From contig NC_134035.1 of the NCBI RefSeq assembly GCF_964204645.1, positions 2,976,001 through 3,040,000 on the forward strand: a stretch of 64,000 bases of DNA, read 5' to 3'. The notes beneath the pieces are model-generated. The model was not told the DNA's origin and ran no database searches. It worked only from the letters and a program-made list of their open reading frames with translations. A program made the translations under genes and the position numbers. The DNA is from Tubulanus polymorphus (lineage: Eukaryota > Animalia > Nemertea). Positions 63,823-64,000 of the stretch are shown piece after piece. Position 1 is the stretch's first letter. Every line of letters begins with the position of its first letter.

Positions 63823-63964
63823 CTCCGATGGGTTTGGATCCTTTCTTTGCCGCTGTTTTGCCGCGTTTCTGTTTCCGTCGCATCAGCTCTTTGTACGCCT
63901 CGGCGGCCATTTGCAAACGTCCAACGAAGGTTTCGATGTCGTCGAAGCAATGATTCAGTATTTG
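63823..63964 (-). CDS. EPS8: EPS8-family exon (gene continues beyond the window)
   Basis: QILNHCFDDIETFVGRLQMAAEAYKEL; cag / gtatgt boundaries, phase 0 to 1. Confidence 0.93.
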
Positions 63965-64000
63965 CTGTCAAAATAGAAATGTTTTATCATCATTTCAAAG

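Overview
AT-rich, repeat-dense eukaryotic (metazoan, probably marine invertebrate/lophotrochozoan; inference) genomic DNA, not prokaryotic. Host genes: (1) the 3' part of a spliced EPS8-family gene on the minus strand (46364-63964; the 5'/PTB exons lie beyond the window), with 13 phase-consistent exons (EGFR-binding-like region, SH3, Pro-rich, SAM/effector) and three possible C-termini, including an intron-readthrough end GKKGEFRYF*; (2) three intronless class A GPCRs resembling FMRFamide/peptide receptors (15763-16698 +, 41248-42222 -, and a truncated paralog 39392-39952 -). The rest is mobile and repetitive DNA: a degraded Penelope-like (GIY-YIG, Neptune-like) retroelement, two clear minimal hammerhead ribozymes plus several variant or decayed ones each followed by AATAAA, tRNA-derived SINEs (including a divergent head-to-head pair), nested foldback/MITE transposons, a LINE 3' tail with TSD inside a local duplication, a three-copy ~3.3 kb head-to-tail array, and many mini/microsatellites. 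Most ORF-track entries are repeat artefacts.
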